From positions 211,911 to 275,910 of the forward strand of contig CAVTWU010000017.1 in assembly GCA_963738475.1 (NCBI GenBank): a stretch of DNA of 64,000 bases, read 5' to 3'. The notes under the pieces were generated by a model. The model did no database searches and had not been told where the DNA came from. It was given only the letters and a program-made list of their open reading frames with translations. Shown here in pieces: positions 19,956-29,303 of the stretch (positions within the stretch are counted from its first letter, which is position 1; the number at the start of each line of letters is the position of its first letter). Source of the DNA: an uncultured Chloroflexia bacterium. Its GTDB lineage: Bacteria; Chloroflexota; Limnocylindria; Limnocylindrales; CSP1-4. The translations under genes were made by a program, and so were the position numbers.

Positions 19956-21282
19956 ATGGCCGCCATGGCCCGCCCGCCGATCGTCGCGGCCGCCCTGACC
20001 CTGGCCGTCGTGGCGCTGCTCCTCCCCGCCGCCACCCCCGCGGCGAAGGCCGCCTCCACGCTCCGGGTGGACGCGACGTACGTCAGCGTCCTCAAGCTCG
20101 GCTGGACGAGCCGGGCGGTCTATGTCGATTCGAAGGCGACCGTCCGAAATCGATCCGGCGCCGCCGATCGACCGGCTCGAGTTCAACACGATCGCCGCCC
20201 GGCTTGGCGGGATCTCGCTCCGGCCGGTCCTGGTCGACGGCTCGACCGTGGCCGCCACGATCAGCGACCAGACGATCAGCGTGCCGCTGGGCAAGTCGCT
20301 CGCCGACGGTGCGACGACGCTCGTCCACATCCGCTACGGCGCGACGCTTCGAAGCAGCCTGACCGGCTCGAACTGGCTGTTCGCCAAGGCCAACGGCGTC
20401 ATGGACCTGTACCGCTGGCTGCCGTGGGTGAGCAAGCGCGTCGCCTTCGACCGGCCGAACCACGGCGACCCGTTCGTGACCGGCAACAGCACGTCCGTGC
20501 GGGTCACGGTCGTCGCCGATCGCAAGCTGGTCGTCGCCACGACCGGGGATCGCGTCGCGTACACGCCGGACGGCCTGTCGCAGACGTTCCAGGCGACGCA
20601 ACGTGCGCGACTTCACGGTGACCGCGGCCGACGGACTACCGCACGGGGTCGCGGGTCGTGGACGGGACGACGGTCCGGGTCTGGTATCGGCCCGGGCTCG
20701 CCGGGCGGCGCGATCCTGGATGCCGCCGCGGACGCCTTCCACCTGCTCCGATCGCGGCTCGGGACGTATCCGTACCCGGTCTTCAAGGTCGTGGAGTCGG
20801 CGGGCGGCTACGGGATGGAGTCGCCGGCGCTCATCTGGATCCCGCATGGCGTCGGGACGGCCAACCTGCGCTACCTGGTCGCCCACGAGACGGCCCACCA
20901 GTGGTTCTACGGGCTGGTCGGCAACGACCAGTCGACGCCAGCCGTTCGCCGACGAGGCCGCCGCCGACTTCGCCGCTCGGTCCGTCCTGGGGCTGCGCCG
21001 CTCGAGCCGCTGCGCCACGGCGCCGCTGGACCGCACGATCTACGAGTACTCGTCCGCCTGCTACTACGAGACGGTCTACATCCAGGGCGGCAACCTGCTC
21101 GACGATGCCCGCAAGAAGATGGGCTCGTCCGCGTTCTGGACGGCCCTGCGCGGCTACATCGCGACGAACCGCTACGGGTTCGCCGGGCGACGCGTGTCCT
21201 TGCTGGATGCGCTCGACGCCGCGACGCCGATCGACCTGCGGGCGACGATGTTCAGGCCGAGGTTCCCCGGCTGCTCTCGTAG
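19956..21282 (+). CDS. Secreted M1-family (gluzincin) metallopeptidase. At least 4 frame changes.
   Basis: Pieces:
- MAAMARPPIVAAALTLAVVALLLPAATPAAKA (signal peptide; a leaderless ATG at 19965 is possible)
- IDRLEFNTIAARLGG
- NVRDFTVTAA
- GGYGMESPALIWIP
- LVAHETAHQWFYGLVGNDQ (HExxH)
- PFADEAAADFAA
- YYETVYIQGGNLLDDARKKMGSSAFWTALRGYI. Confidence 0.75.
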
Positions 21283-22171
21283 GGCGGATCCGGCGTCGGC
21301 TCGACGCCTGGCGACCGGACGCCGGCTGCGCGTTCGCGGCGATCCGGGCATCGGCGGCCAGCGCCTTCGGCATCTGGCGCCAGGTCCGCGGGATGAGCGG
21401 TCGCCAGGCACGCCACCCGGCCACGAGCCAGGCCGAGACCAGCGCGCTCGCGCGGACCCCACGCGAAGCCGTACTCGTCGCGGACGGTCGGCGGCAGCAG
21501 GCCGAGCGACGGCCAGAGCGTCCAGCTGTACGTCGACCGGCGGGATCCGGGACAGGAGCGGCGCCGCCGCCGGGATGAGTGGCGCGAGCGGCGGATGGAG
21601 GATGACCGCGGCCAGCTCGCGGGCGAGCGGTCCCGGCCGGACCGGTCCGTCGGGTGCCAGCATCCGCGGCCATGTAGGCATCGAAGGCGGCCAGGTCCGC
21701 CGGCAGCAGCGCCTCCGGTACGCCGAACGCCCGCCCGATCGGCCGCGTCTCCTGGTAGGCGCGCTCGCGACGCTCGCGGCGTGAGCGGCCCGATCCAGCG
21801 CTCGTTGGCGACCAGCGTCGAGTCGACGAGCGTGGCGTGGACCCACATCGAGAGCTCGGGATCGCGGGCGCTGTAGCCCGGTGCCGGCGATGGCGCGCGT
21901 GGAGCGGTTCGAGCCGCCGGATCTCGGCGCGCGCGGCCGGACCGGACCCGTAGACGATCGTCAGGTAGCTCTTGAGCGTGGCCGCGAGACGGCGCCACGG
22001 GTCGGCGCGGAAGTCGGAGTGCTCGTCGACGCCGGCCGCGACCGCCGGATGCGCGATCTGGAGCAGGAGCGCGCGCGGGCCGGCGCCCAGCAGCAGCATC
22101 GACTCGCGGGCGAGCGCCCACGCCTCCGAATCGGGGCCGTACATCCCATCGATGGCGCCGTGCGTATCCAC
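21252..22171 (-). CDS. MpaB/DUF2236 family oxygenase-like protein. At least 3 frame changes. The 3' end is uncertain.
   Basis: Pieces:
- MYGPDSEAWALARESMLLLGAGPRALLLQIAHPAVAAGVDEHSDFRADPWRRLAATLKSYLTIVYGSG
- DPELSMWVHATLVDSTLVANERWIGPL
- ERAYQETRPIGRAFGVPEALLPADLAAFDAYM

The GTG at 22171 sits 6 nt after a TATCGT hexamer. Confidence 0.65.
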
Positions 22172-22206
22172 CGGTGCACGATACCGGCGACACGAAAGGG
22201 ACGCAG

Positions 22207-22794
22207 ATGAGCGATGGCTCCGCGTGGGGCGCGGACTTCGATCCGGACGAGCTGGCCCGCCTCGAGACGCGGATGTGGAAGGCCTACTACCGACGCCAGC
22301 CCGCGCGGCTGTTCGCCGGCTTGATCGAGGCGCTGCATGCCCAGGCCCGCGTGTCGTGGCCGCGGACGATCGGCGCGAGCCTGCTGCTGACCCGCGCCGC
22401 GGCCGGGTTCGCCCGTTCGACCGGCGACTACGAGCGGTTCGCGCCGGACATCGGCCGGGCGTACCGGATGCTCGGCCTGCCGGACCACGTCGATGCCGAG
22501 GCCGTCGCCCGACACGAGCTGCGCTGGTGGGTCGTCCGCCGCGAACTCGGGCTGGACTCCGGGGCCGCGGCCGGCGACACCATCACGGACCTGTACGTCG
22601 CGATCTACGACGTCCCGCGCGAGCGCGTCGCCGAGGCCGGCCGCCTGCGTGGCCTCGCCGCCGAAGTCCGCGACCGCGGCGCGACCGCCGATCCGGACGG
22701 GCCGCGCGGCTCGGGCCGCGCCTACTGGCCGGAGGTCGCCCGCCTGCTCCGCGACTCGTATCGAAGCCTGCACGACGGGCTGCGCACGGGCTAG
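22207..22794 (+). CDS. Hypothetical protein (195 aa). Intact.
   Basis: AAGGGA RBS then MSDGSAWGADFDPDELARLETRMWKAYYRRQPARLFAGLIEALHAQARVSW...HELRWWVVRRELG...YWPEVARLLRDSYRSLHDGL. One clean frame. I recognise no family. Confidence 0.6.
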   Translation: MSDGSAWGADFDPDELARLETRMWKAYYRRQPARLFAGLIEALHAQARVSWPRTIGASLLLTRAAAGFARSTGDYERFAPDIGRAYRMLGLPDHVDAEAVARHELRWWVVRRELGLDSGAAAGDTITDLYVAIYDVPRERVAEAGRLRGLAAEVRDRGATADPDGPRGSGRAYWPEVARLLRDSYRSLHDGLRTG

Positions 22795-23530
22795 TCGCGC
22801 GGCTTCTCCCAGACCGAGACGTGCTTGCGGCTGTCGCTCGTGAACGGCTCGCGGCGCCAGTCGCTCCAGCGGTCGCGCAGGCGCATGCCCGGCGAGCTCG
22901 GCCATCAGGTCGAATTCGGCCGGCCAGGCGTAGCGGAACGGGATGGACAGCCGCTCCACGACGCCGTCGGTCGTCCAGACGTGGTGCGAGATCAGGCCCT
23001 GGTTCGCGACGTCGTACTCGTCGATCGACCAGGTCGAGTCGGTCGACGTCGTAGGCATGGAGCGTCTCGCCGGGCGGCAGCCGCTGGAGGTCCGGCAGCA
23101 TCGTCTCGATGACGAAGCAGCCGCCGGGCTCGAGATGCGCCGCCGCGTTGCGGAAGCACGCCACCTGGGCCGCCTGGGTCGTCAGGTTCATGATCGTGTT
23201 GAAGACGAGGTAGACCAGCGAGAACGGTCCCGTCGACGCGGGTCGTGGCGATGTCGCCGATGACGACCGGGATGTCGGCACCGCCCGGCTTGGCGCGCAG
23301 CCGCTCGACCATCGCCGCCGAGATGTCGATGCCGACCACCGGTACGCCGCGCGCCGCCAACGGCAGCGCGATCCGGCCGGTGCCGATCGCGAATTCGAGC
23401 GCGCGTCCATCGCCGGCCAGCCCGGCCAGGACGTCGACGACGGGCTCGATCGCGTCCGGGGCGAACATCTCGTCTCGTCGTCGTCGTACGTCGCCGCGAC
23501 GTTCGCATCGAAGTAGCCGTCGCCGCTCAT
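22791..23530 (-). CDS. Class I SAM-dependent methyltransferase. At least 3 frame changes.
   Basis: Pieces:
- MSGDGYFDANVAATYDDDE
- ALEFAIGTGRIALPLAARGVPVVGIDISAAMVERLRAKPGG (motif I)
- FSLVYLVFNTIMNLTTQAAQVACFRNAAAHLEPGGCFVIE
- WSIDEYDVANQGLISHHVW
- tail FTSDSRKHVSVWEKPRD

Its stop overlaps the convergent stop (CTAG). Confidence 0.75.
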
Positions 23531-23538
23531 GCGAGGCC

Positions 23539-23898
23539 CTACCCGTCGCCGTCGCCGGTCGCCGAGTCAACGGCCATCCTGAGCGACCCATCCGTCTGCC
23601 GCTCGTGGACGACGATGTACTTCCCCGAGCCCGTTGGCGTCGCATACCGGCCCACGTCGACGACGAATCCTTCGCCTTCGCGGATATCGATCGACTCGAA
23701 CGTGATGATCGAAGGGCGCTTCTGGAGGCCCGGCGCCAGGAAGGCTTCGATCGCGGCGCGTCCCTGGATCATCGGACTGCCTTCGAACAGGAGTCGGGCA
23801 TCCTCCGTGTACGACGCCACGACCGCGTCGACGTCCTGCGCGGCCAGCGCAGCCGAGAACGCCGCGTTGAACGCCGCGACATCGTCCCGTGTCGTCAT
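23539..23898 (-). CDS. SnoaL-like / DUF4440 (NTF2-fold) protein. Intact.
   Basis: MTTRDDVAAFNAAFSAALAAQDVDAVVASYTEDARLLFEGSPMIQGRAAIEAFL...GKYIVVHERQTDGSLRMAVD. ATGA overlap with the DinB stop. Confidence 0.7.
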   Translation of the reverse strand: MTTRDDVAAFNAAFSAALAAQDVDAVVASYTEDARLLFEGSPMIQGRAAIEAFLAPGLQKRPSIITFESIDIREGEGFVVDVGRYATPTGSGKYIVVHERQTDGSLRMAVDSATGDGDG

Positions 23899-24403
23899 GA
23901 CGCGCTCGGCTCCTCCCAGATGCGCTGGTCCTTCCAGGCGTAGTCCCAGACGTCGATGCCGGGCGGCTCGATGCCGAGGACCGTCAGCGCGGTGCAGATC
24001 TGGCTTCGGTGATCCGTGCCGTGATGGAGGGCCTGGGCAGTCGGATCCCAGCCGGCGCGTGCGAGTCCGTGCCGTCGTCGCGATGGCGCACGACGTCCGC
24101 CTCGGGATCCGGGTTCGTCGCCAGGAGCGCGGCCCACTCGGGTCCGTTGGCCTCCATCGACGCGCGCAGCTCCGCGAGCGACATCGAGTCCTCATCGACC
24201 TCGGGGTGCACGCCACCCGTCAGCGCGAACAGGTAGCCGTGGTCCGCCCCGACCGTGTGGCGCGCGATGGCCAGGATCGAGCCGTACGTGCCCGGGACGT
24301 CGGTCGCGAGCTGCGCATCGTCGAGGGTCAGGCAGACGTCGAGCAACGTCGTCGTCGCCCAGACGTGGTGCCCGAAGGCGTCGGCCATCAGCGAGGTGGT
24401 CAT
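23895..24403 (-). CDS. DinB family protein. One frameshift near 24040.
   Basis: MTTSLMADAFGHHVWATTTLLDVCLTLDDAQL...YGSILAIARHTVGADHGY is in ORF 23984..24403. The tail HHGTDHRSQICTALTVLGIEPPGIDVWDYA is in ORF 23895..24137. AAGGAGGGA RBS upstream. Confidence 0.8.
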
Positions 24404-24419
24404 GCGGTGGTCCCTCCTT

Positions 24420-24440
24420 GAGCGGGGTCGATCCCCGCTC
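24420..24440 (-). terminator. Strong hairpin between the lipoprotein unit and the DinB gene (candidate terminator or attenuator).
   Basis: GAGCGGGG-TCGAT-CCCCGCTC, a perfect 8-bp stem. It lies immediately upstream of the DinB RBS on the minus strand. There is no U-tract. Confidence 0.35.
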
Positions 24441-24479
24441 AGCGAGGGTAGCAGTCGAGTCGATCGCCTTGCGTCGCCC

Positions 24480-24659
24480 CTAGACGCACTCGGGGAAGCC
24501 GACCGGCGGCACGGCCCGACCGGACATCTCGTCGCCGCCGACCTGCGCGAATCCGAACGGGCTCGAGATCGTCTGCCGTGCGATGACCATGCAGATCTGC
24601 CGATCCGGAACCTCGGCAGCGGCCTGCCAGCACGAGGTCCCGTCTATCCAGGCCGGCAT
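24480..24659 (-). CDS. Either a 59-aa Cys-containing ORF or the frameshifted C-terminal extension of lipoprotein 24709..25305.
   Basis: GGAGGG lies 10 nt before the ATG. Product: MPAWIDGTSCWQAAAEVPDRQICMVIARQTISSPFGFAQVGGDEMSGRAVPPVGFPECV. The same frame stays open upstream (SAIVDQSGGRLSVWAPEGCPT) across the lipoprotein stop. Confidence 0.35.
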   Translation of the reverse strand: MPAWIDGTSCWQAAAEVPDRQICMVIARQTISSPFGFAQVGGDEMSGRAVPPVGFPECV

Positions 24660-24708
24660 CGTCGGGCAACCCTCCGGCGCCCAGACCGACAGGCGACCCC
24701 CACTCTGG

Positions 24709-25305
24709 TCAACGATCGCTGAAGAAGCTCCGCTCCAGGTTGTTGGTGAAGGTGGCGGCGATGCCGGTGCAGTCCGATGTCGGGACGTCCAGGCACGTCA
24801 CCGTCCAGCCCCCGAGCCGCATGGTCGGCCCGACGGCCGGATCCGGCCGGGTGTACGGCTCGGGTCCCTCGGTCGTCATGGTCCCGTCGGCAGCCTCGGC
24901 GACACGGACCAGCTCGAGGGCTCCGCCCTCCGAGGTGAGGATCACGAAGCCGGTGTCTCGTCCGATGCCGGCCGCACAGCGAATGGTCGGTGCGCACGGC
25001 AGCCGATAGACGAAGACGGCCTCAAGGACCGCGGCGTGGTCCATCGGAAGCGCCGCGAGCGCCACATCGACCGCCTCGTTGCACTGCAGCGTCGCCGGTG
25101 GGTTGAAGCGGCTCTGGGGACAGACGATCGAGGCCGCGATGATCGGCGTCGGCAGCGACACGGGCGTGGGCGTCGGGGTCGGGGACGGCACCGCGGCGAT
25201 CGGCGTGCTGGTCGGCGGAGCCGGCGACGGCTCGAACCCGCACGCGGCCACGATCAGCGCGACGGCGACGAGCAGGGTCGGGATGGCGGCCAGCGAGGAG
25301 CGCAT
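24709..25305 (-). CDS. Hypothetical lipoprotein with a Pro/Thr linker and Cys pairs.
   Basis: MRSSLAAIPTLLVAVALIVAACG lipobox, then a PSPTPTPTP linker, then CPQSRFNPPATLQCNEAVDVALAALPMDHAAVLEAVFVYRLPCAPTIRCAAG...FVILTSEGG and TCLDVPTSDCTG. Confidence 0.65.
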   Translation of the reverse strand: MRSSLAAIPTLLVAVALIVAACGFEPSPAPPTSTPIAAVPSPTPTPTPVSLPTPIIAASIVCPQSRFNPPATLQCNEAVDVALAALPMDHAAVLEAVFVYRLPCAPTIRCAAGIGRDTGFVILTSEGGALELVRVAEAADGTMTTEGPEPYTRPDPAVGPTMRLGGWTVTCLDVPTSDCTGIAATFTNNLERSFFSDR

Positions 25306-25480
25306 GCCGCCACCATACGCCCGATCCGTTCTGAGCCGGTCTCCCGGCGCTCGGCTGCACCGGTACTCCTTGGGGGCGCACGCTCGCACCGTTGACCCCA
25401 TTCGAACCATCGACCGGCCAGCCCGGGACGCTGACGATCGACCCATCCACACCCATCGGCACGCAAGGCGAGGTCCGACG

Positions 25481-26837
25481 ATGCACCGAGGCGCGATGCG
25501 GCGAGCTGCGGCGGCCGCCCTGATGCTGTCCGTCCTGGCGACGACCACGGCGTTCGCCGAGTCGACCACGGCCGATGCCGACGCCATCTCGACGGGCGAT
25601 CAGGGCACGATCGACCTCGGGCGCGTGGCGCCGGGTGCAGGATGTCGCGGTCGATGTCGCCTTCCGCCTCGATTGCTCGGGCACCAGCCATCTCGATGCC
25701 GGGCAGAGCGTCCGCCTCTCCCCGGGCAGCCGGACCATCCCGCCGGGCGGGTCCTTCAGCGTCGGCAGCGTGACCCTGACGCCCGGCGCCGGGTGGCCGG
25801 CCGATGGCGAGGCGTGCCCGACCGGCCTGGCGGCCGTGACCCGCAGCCTGCGCCTGTTCGTGACCGCCCCACTCGCGCTCGGCACCGACCTGCGCTACGT
25901 CTTCTCGTGGAACCGCACGCTCGTGCCGACCACCGCGGGCGATGCCGGGGTCCTCGAGGGCGCCAACCCGACCGTCACCATCATCCTGGACGTCGCCGAC
26001 AACACGCCGCCGTCCCTGACCCTGCCGGGCGACTCGACCGTCGAAGGCGACACGACCGGTGGCGCGATCGCCGCGTACGCCGTGTCAGCCTCGGATGCCG
26101 AGGACGCGACGGCCCCGACGCCGGCCTGCAGCCCGGCGATCGGCACGCTGCTGCCGCTCGGGACGACGAGCATCTCGTGCTCAGCCACCGACACCGGCGG
26201 TCTCACGACGAACGGGACGTTCGACATCACGGTCGTCGACACGACGGCCCCGACGCTGTCCGGGATGCCGGCCGACCGATCGCTCACGACGACCGATCCG
26301 AGCGGCACGACCGCGACCTGGGCCCTGCCGACGGCCACCGACGTCGTCGATCCGGCTCCGACGGTCGCCTGCACGCCGGCGAGCGGGAGCCAGTTCGCGC
26401 TGGGAACCACGGTCGTGACCTGCACCGCCACGGACGCGACCGGCAACCAGTCGAGCGGGTCCTTCTCCGTGACCGTGACGCAGACGGCGCCCGAGCCCGA
26501 GCCCGGCGGCTGGTCGGCGGTCTGGGCCCGACCCGTGGCCACCGATGGCGCGACGCTCGTCGCCCATCGCGGCCGGACGATCCCGGTCAAGGTCGAGCTG
26601 TTCGCCGATGGCGTCGAGCAGACGAGCGGTCGAGCCCGGCTCAGTGTCGCGACGTGCGATGGGGCGATCGTGGCCGGAACGCCGCTGACCTGGCGACACG
26701 GCCGCTGGACGGCCCATCTCCACACCGCCCGGCTTCGCCCCGGTTGCTACGTCGTGACCGCCACCCTCGATGGCCACGCCGCCGGCTCGTTCCGGCTCGA
26801 CGTCCGTGGCCACGCCTGCGTGGCCCGGCGCCGCTGA
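25481..26837 (+). CDS. Secreted protein with two HYR (hyalin repeat) domains. One frameshift near 25630.
   Basis: AAGGCGAGG RBS, then signal peptide MHRGAMRRAAAAALMLSVLATTTAFA. Two repeats of the type:
- DNTPPSLTLPGDSTVEGDTTGGAIAAYAVSASD...PACSPAIGTLLPLGTTSISCSATDTGGLTTNGTFDITVVD
- TTAPTLSG...VACTPASGSQFALGTTVVTCTATDATGNQSSGSFSVTV. Confidence 0.75.
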
Positions 26838-26860
26838 ACCCGACAGCCGGCGGGCCTGCG

Positions 26861-27241
26861 CTAGCCCGTCGTCCGGATCTTCCAGTACGAGTCCTTCATG
26901 ACGACCTGCCCATCGCGGAAGGTCCACAGGTCGCAACCCCTGACTTCGATCCGCTGCCCATCGGTGGTCGTGCCCGACAGGGTCCACTCGGAGGCCCCTC
27001 GATCGCCATCGACGAAGTGCCGGTCCTGCTGGTAGCGGACGTCCGGGATCCCGGCGAAGCGGCCGGCGAACGCGTCGCGGACCGCCTCCCGGCCGACGAC
27101 CCGCGTACCCCACGGGTCGGTGCCGCGAGGGCTTTCGAAGACGGCGTCGTCGGCGAAGTGGACCATGATGCCCTCGAGGTCGTGCGCATCGAAGGCGGTC
27201 GCGATCGCCTTGAGCATCCGCATCGCGTCGTCGTGGTCCAT
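26861..27241 (-). CDS. SnoaL-like / ketosteroid isomerase-like (NTF2-fold) protein. Intact.
   Basis: GAGGAGGGG RBS, then MDHDDAMRMLKAIATAFDAHDLEGIMVHFADDAVFESPRG...ASEWTLSGTTTDGQRIEVRGCDLWTFRDGQVVMKDSYWK. Confidence 0.75.
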   Translation of the reverse strand: MDHDDAMRMLKAIATAFDAHDLEGIMVHFADDAVFESPRGTDPWGTRVVGREAVRDAFAGRFAGIPDVRYQQDRHFVDGDRGASEWTLSGTTTDGQRIEVRGCDLWTFRDGQVVMKDSYWKIRTTG

Positions 27242-27261
27242 GGCACCCCTCCTCAGGTCGT

Positions 27262-27975
27262 TCACTCGACTCCTTCGACGAGTTCAGCCGCGTGGGCGAA
27301 GTCGTCCGACAGGTCGGCGCGTTCATCGTCGGTGAGGGCGACCGCCTCTGCGGCGGTGAGTGCCTCGCGGGCCAGCGCCGGGTCGTTCATCCGGACCGCG
27401 AGCTCCGCCCGATAGAGCTGCGCGCGGGCCAGCTCGGTCGCGCTAGCCGTCTCGCTGAACCGTCGGATCCCGCTGTCGAGCGTCTTGAGCGCCTGTGCCT
27501 CGTCGCCGTGGGCGTCACCCAGGCGGGTCGCGACGTTGAGGATCTGGGTCAGGCCCTCGGCGGGTTCGGCCGCGGCCTCGTCCTCCGTGTCACCCGACCG
27601 GGAGATCCGCAGCCAGTTCCCGCCGGGATCCACGACGCTGAACCCTCGGACCGTCCCGTACTTCTTCCGCGGTCGGGTGATCCGCGGGATGCCCGCGACC
27701 GGCAGCTTGCCGTGAGCGGTCCGAAGGCCCGCCGCGAAGTCCCGGTACAGGCCGTCCGGGTCCGGGACGGTGACGACGACGGTGCCGTACGACTGCGCCG
27801 GATCGAAGCCGTCGATGCCGAACAGGTGGACATGGAAGTCCTCCCGGGACACCACCGCGTACGGGTTCGGGCGGACCTGGCGATACGTCGTCTCGAAGCC
27901 GAGCGACCGATAGAACGCGACCGACTCATCGACGTCGCGACAGGGCAGGCATGGGTACATCCGTTCGTTCGCCAC
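27262..27975 (-). CDS. VOC (glyoxalase/bleomycin resistance) family protein with a helical C-terminal extension. Intact.
   Basis: MYPCLPCRDVDESVAFYRSLGFETTYRQVRPNPYAVVSREDFHVHLFG...GFSVVDPGGNWLRI, followed by an Ala/Glu-rich tail. Confidence 0.75.
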   Translation of the reverse strand: MANERMYPCLPCRDVDESVAFYRSLGFETTYRQVRPNPYAVVSREDFHVHLFGIDGFDPAQSYGTVVVTVPDPDGLYRDFAAGLRTAHGKLPVAGIPRITRPRKKYGTVRGFSVVDPGGNWLRISRSGDTEDEAAAEPAEGLTQILNVATRLGDAHGDEAQALKTLDSGIRRFSETASATELARAQLYRAELAVRMNDPALAREALTAAEAVALTDDERADLSDDFAHAAELVEGVE

Positions 27976-28019
27976 TCAGGAGACCTGGAGCGTGCGGGCG
28001 AGCGGACCGGAGGGGCGTC

Positions 28020-28458
28020 TCAGCGAACGGCCTGCTTCACGAGGGCGACGATCCTCGCCTCGTCGGCGTCGGTGAGCTCCGTCAGGGCGAAGGAGGTCGG
28101 CCACATGGTCGCCGTCGTCGAGCCTGGCCTCATCGCTGAAGCCGAAGGTCGCGTAGCGCGTCTTGAACTTCTGCGCGGCCTGGAAGAAGCAGACGACCTT
28201 GCCGTCCTTGGCGTAGGCGGGCTGCCCGTACCAGGTCCTCGGCGTCGAGGTCCGGCGCGGCTGGCCTTGATGGCCGCGTGGAGCCGCTCGGCCATGTCTC
28301 GATCCGACCCCGACATCTCGGCGATCTTGGCGAGCACATCGGCTTCCGCCGCCCGCCCCGGCCGCGGCCGCCTTCTGCTCCCTGGCGCGCTCCTTCATCG
28401 CGGCCTTCTCCTCGTCCGAGAAGGCGGTGCTCTTGGTGGTCTTCGCGGCGTTCGCCAT
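28020..28458 (-). CDS. DUF1801 (YdhG-like) protein. At least 2 frame changes.
   Basis: GAGGAG RBS. Pieces:
- [32 protein letters not shown]
- [25 protein letters not shown]
- [69 protein letters not shown]. Confidence 0.65.
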
Positions 28459-28584
28459 GGGGACTCCTCGTCTCCGAGTCTGGAAGGGGTTCGTCCCCAT
28501 GCTAGGGACTCGGCGCCACGCTGGCTTCTCCGAACCTGCTCGATCTCGACCCGCTTCCGGCAGCGGGCGGGAACCGACGAAGGG

Positions 28585-29223
28585 CTAGCGGCCCTCGGGG
28601 CGTCGGCCGATGAGCCACCAGGCGGCCGGGAACAGGAGCGCGGCCGCGGTCAGCTTGAGCGCGTCCCAGGCCAGGAACGGGGTCAGGCCGTAGGCGATCG
28701 TGTCGGCCCACGAGAAGCCGCCGACGACCTTCAGCCACGGCAGCCCGATCGCGAAGATGACGATCTCGCCGAGGATCATCGCGCCGAACGAGCCGCCGAT
28801 GTGGCGATCCCAGCCCAGCTCGGCCAGCCGCCCGACGAGGGCGCCCGCGACGATGAACCCGATGATGTAGCCACCGGACGTCCCGAGGATGACCGAGGTG
28901 CCAGCGTCGCCTTCGGCGAACACCGGCAGGCCGATCGCGCCGATGAGCGCGTACAGGGCCACGGCCGTCGCACCGCGTCGGAAGCCGAGCGCGCAGCCCG
29001 CGACCAGGACGCCGAACGTCTGGCCGGTGATCGGCACGGGCGTGATCGCGATGTGGATCTGGGTCGAGAGGATGATGAACAGCGTCCCGGTCAGGATCAG
29101 CACGACGTGGCGCGCGCGGGCGTTCATCCGCTCGGCGAGCCCGACAGGAACGAGGAAATCGGCGAGAGTGATCCCTCGATCGGCAGCCGTGCTGCGGTCG
29201 AGTCTCGGGATGGCGATCGTCAT
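28585..29223 (-). CDS. bioY: Biotin transporter BioY. Intact.
   Basis: Product from M67 of ORF 28585..29421:
- LILTGTLFIILSTQIHIAITPVPITGQTFGVLVAGCALG
- GLPVFAEG
- GTSGGYIIGFIVAGALVG
- VIFAIGLPWL. Confidence 0.85.
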   Translation of the reverse strand: MTIAIPRLDRSTAADRGITLADFLVPVGLAERMNARARHVVLILTGTLFIILSTQIHIAITPVPITGQTFGVLVAGCALGFRRGATAVALYALIGAIGLPVFAEGDAGTSVILGTSGGYIIGFIVAGALVGRLAELGWDRHIGGSFGAMILGEIVIFAIGLPWLKVVGGFSWADTIAYGLTPFLAWDALKLTAAALLFPAAWWLIGRRPEGR

Positions 29224-29303
29224 CGGCGGGAGTCTAGCATCCGCGCTGACGGCAGCGAGGTTCCGGTTCCGGGACGCAGGACCGCTGATGGCCCGCCGCC
29301 GGG

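Noticed and set aside
28459-28584. Hairpin CCCGCT-GCCGGA-AGCGGG downstream of bioY, as a possible terminator. I also looked upstream of bioY (29224-29303) for a possible biotin-related regulatory site.
   Set aside because: The stem is short and has no U-tract. I could not recognise a BirA/BioQ-type operator or any riboswitch-like conservation in the 80-nt upstream gap.
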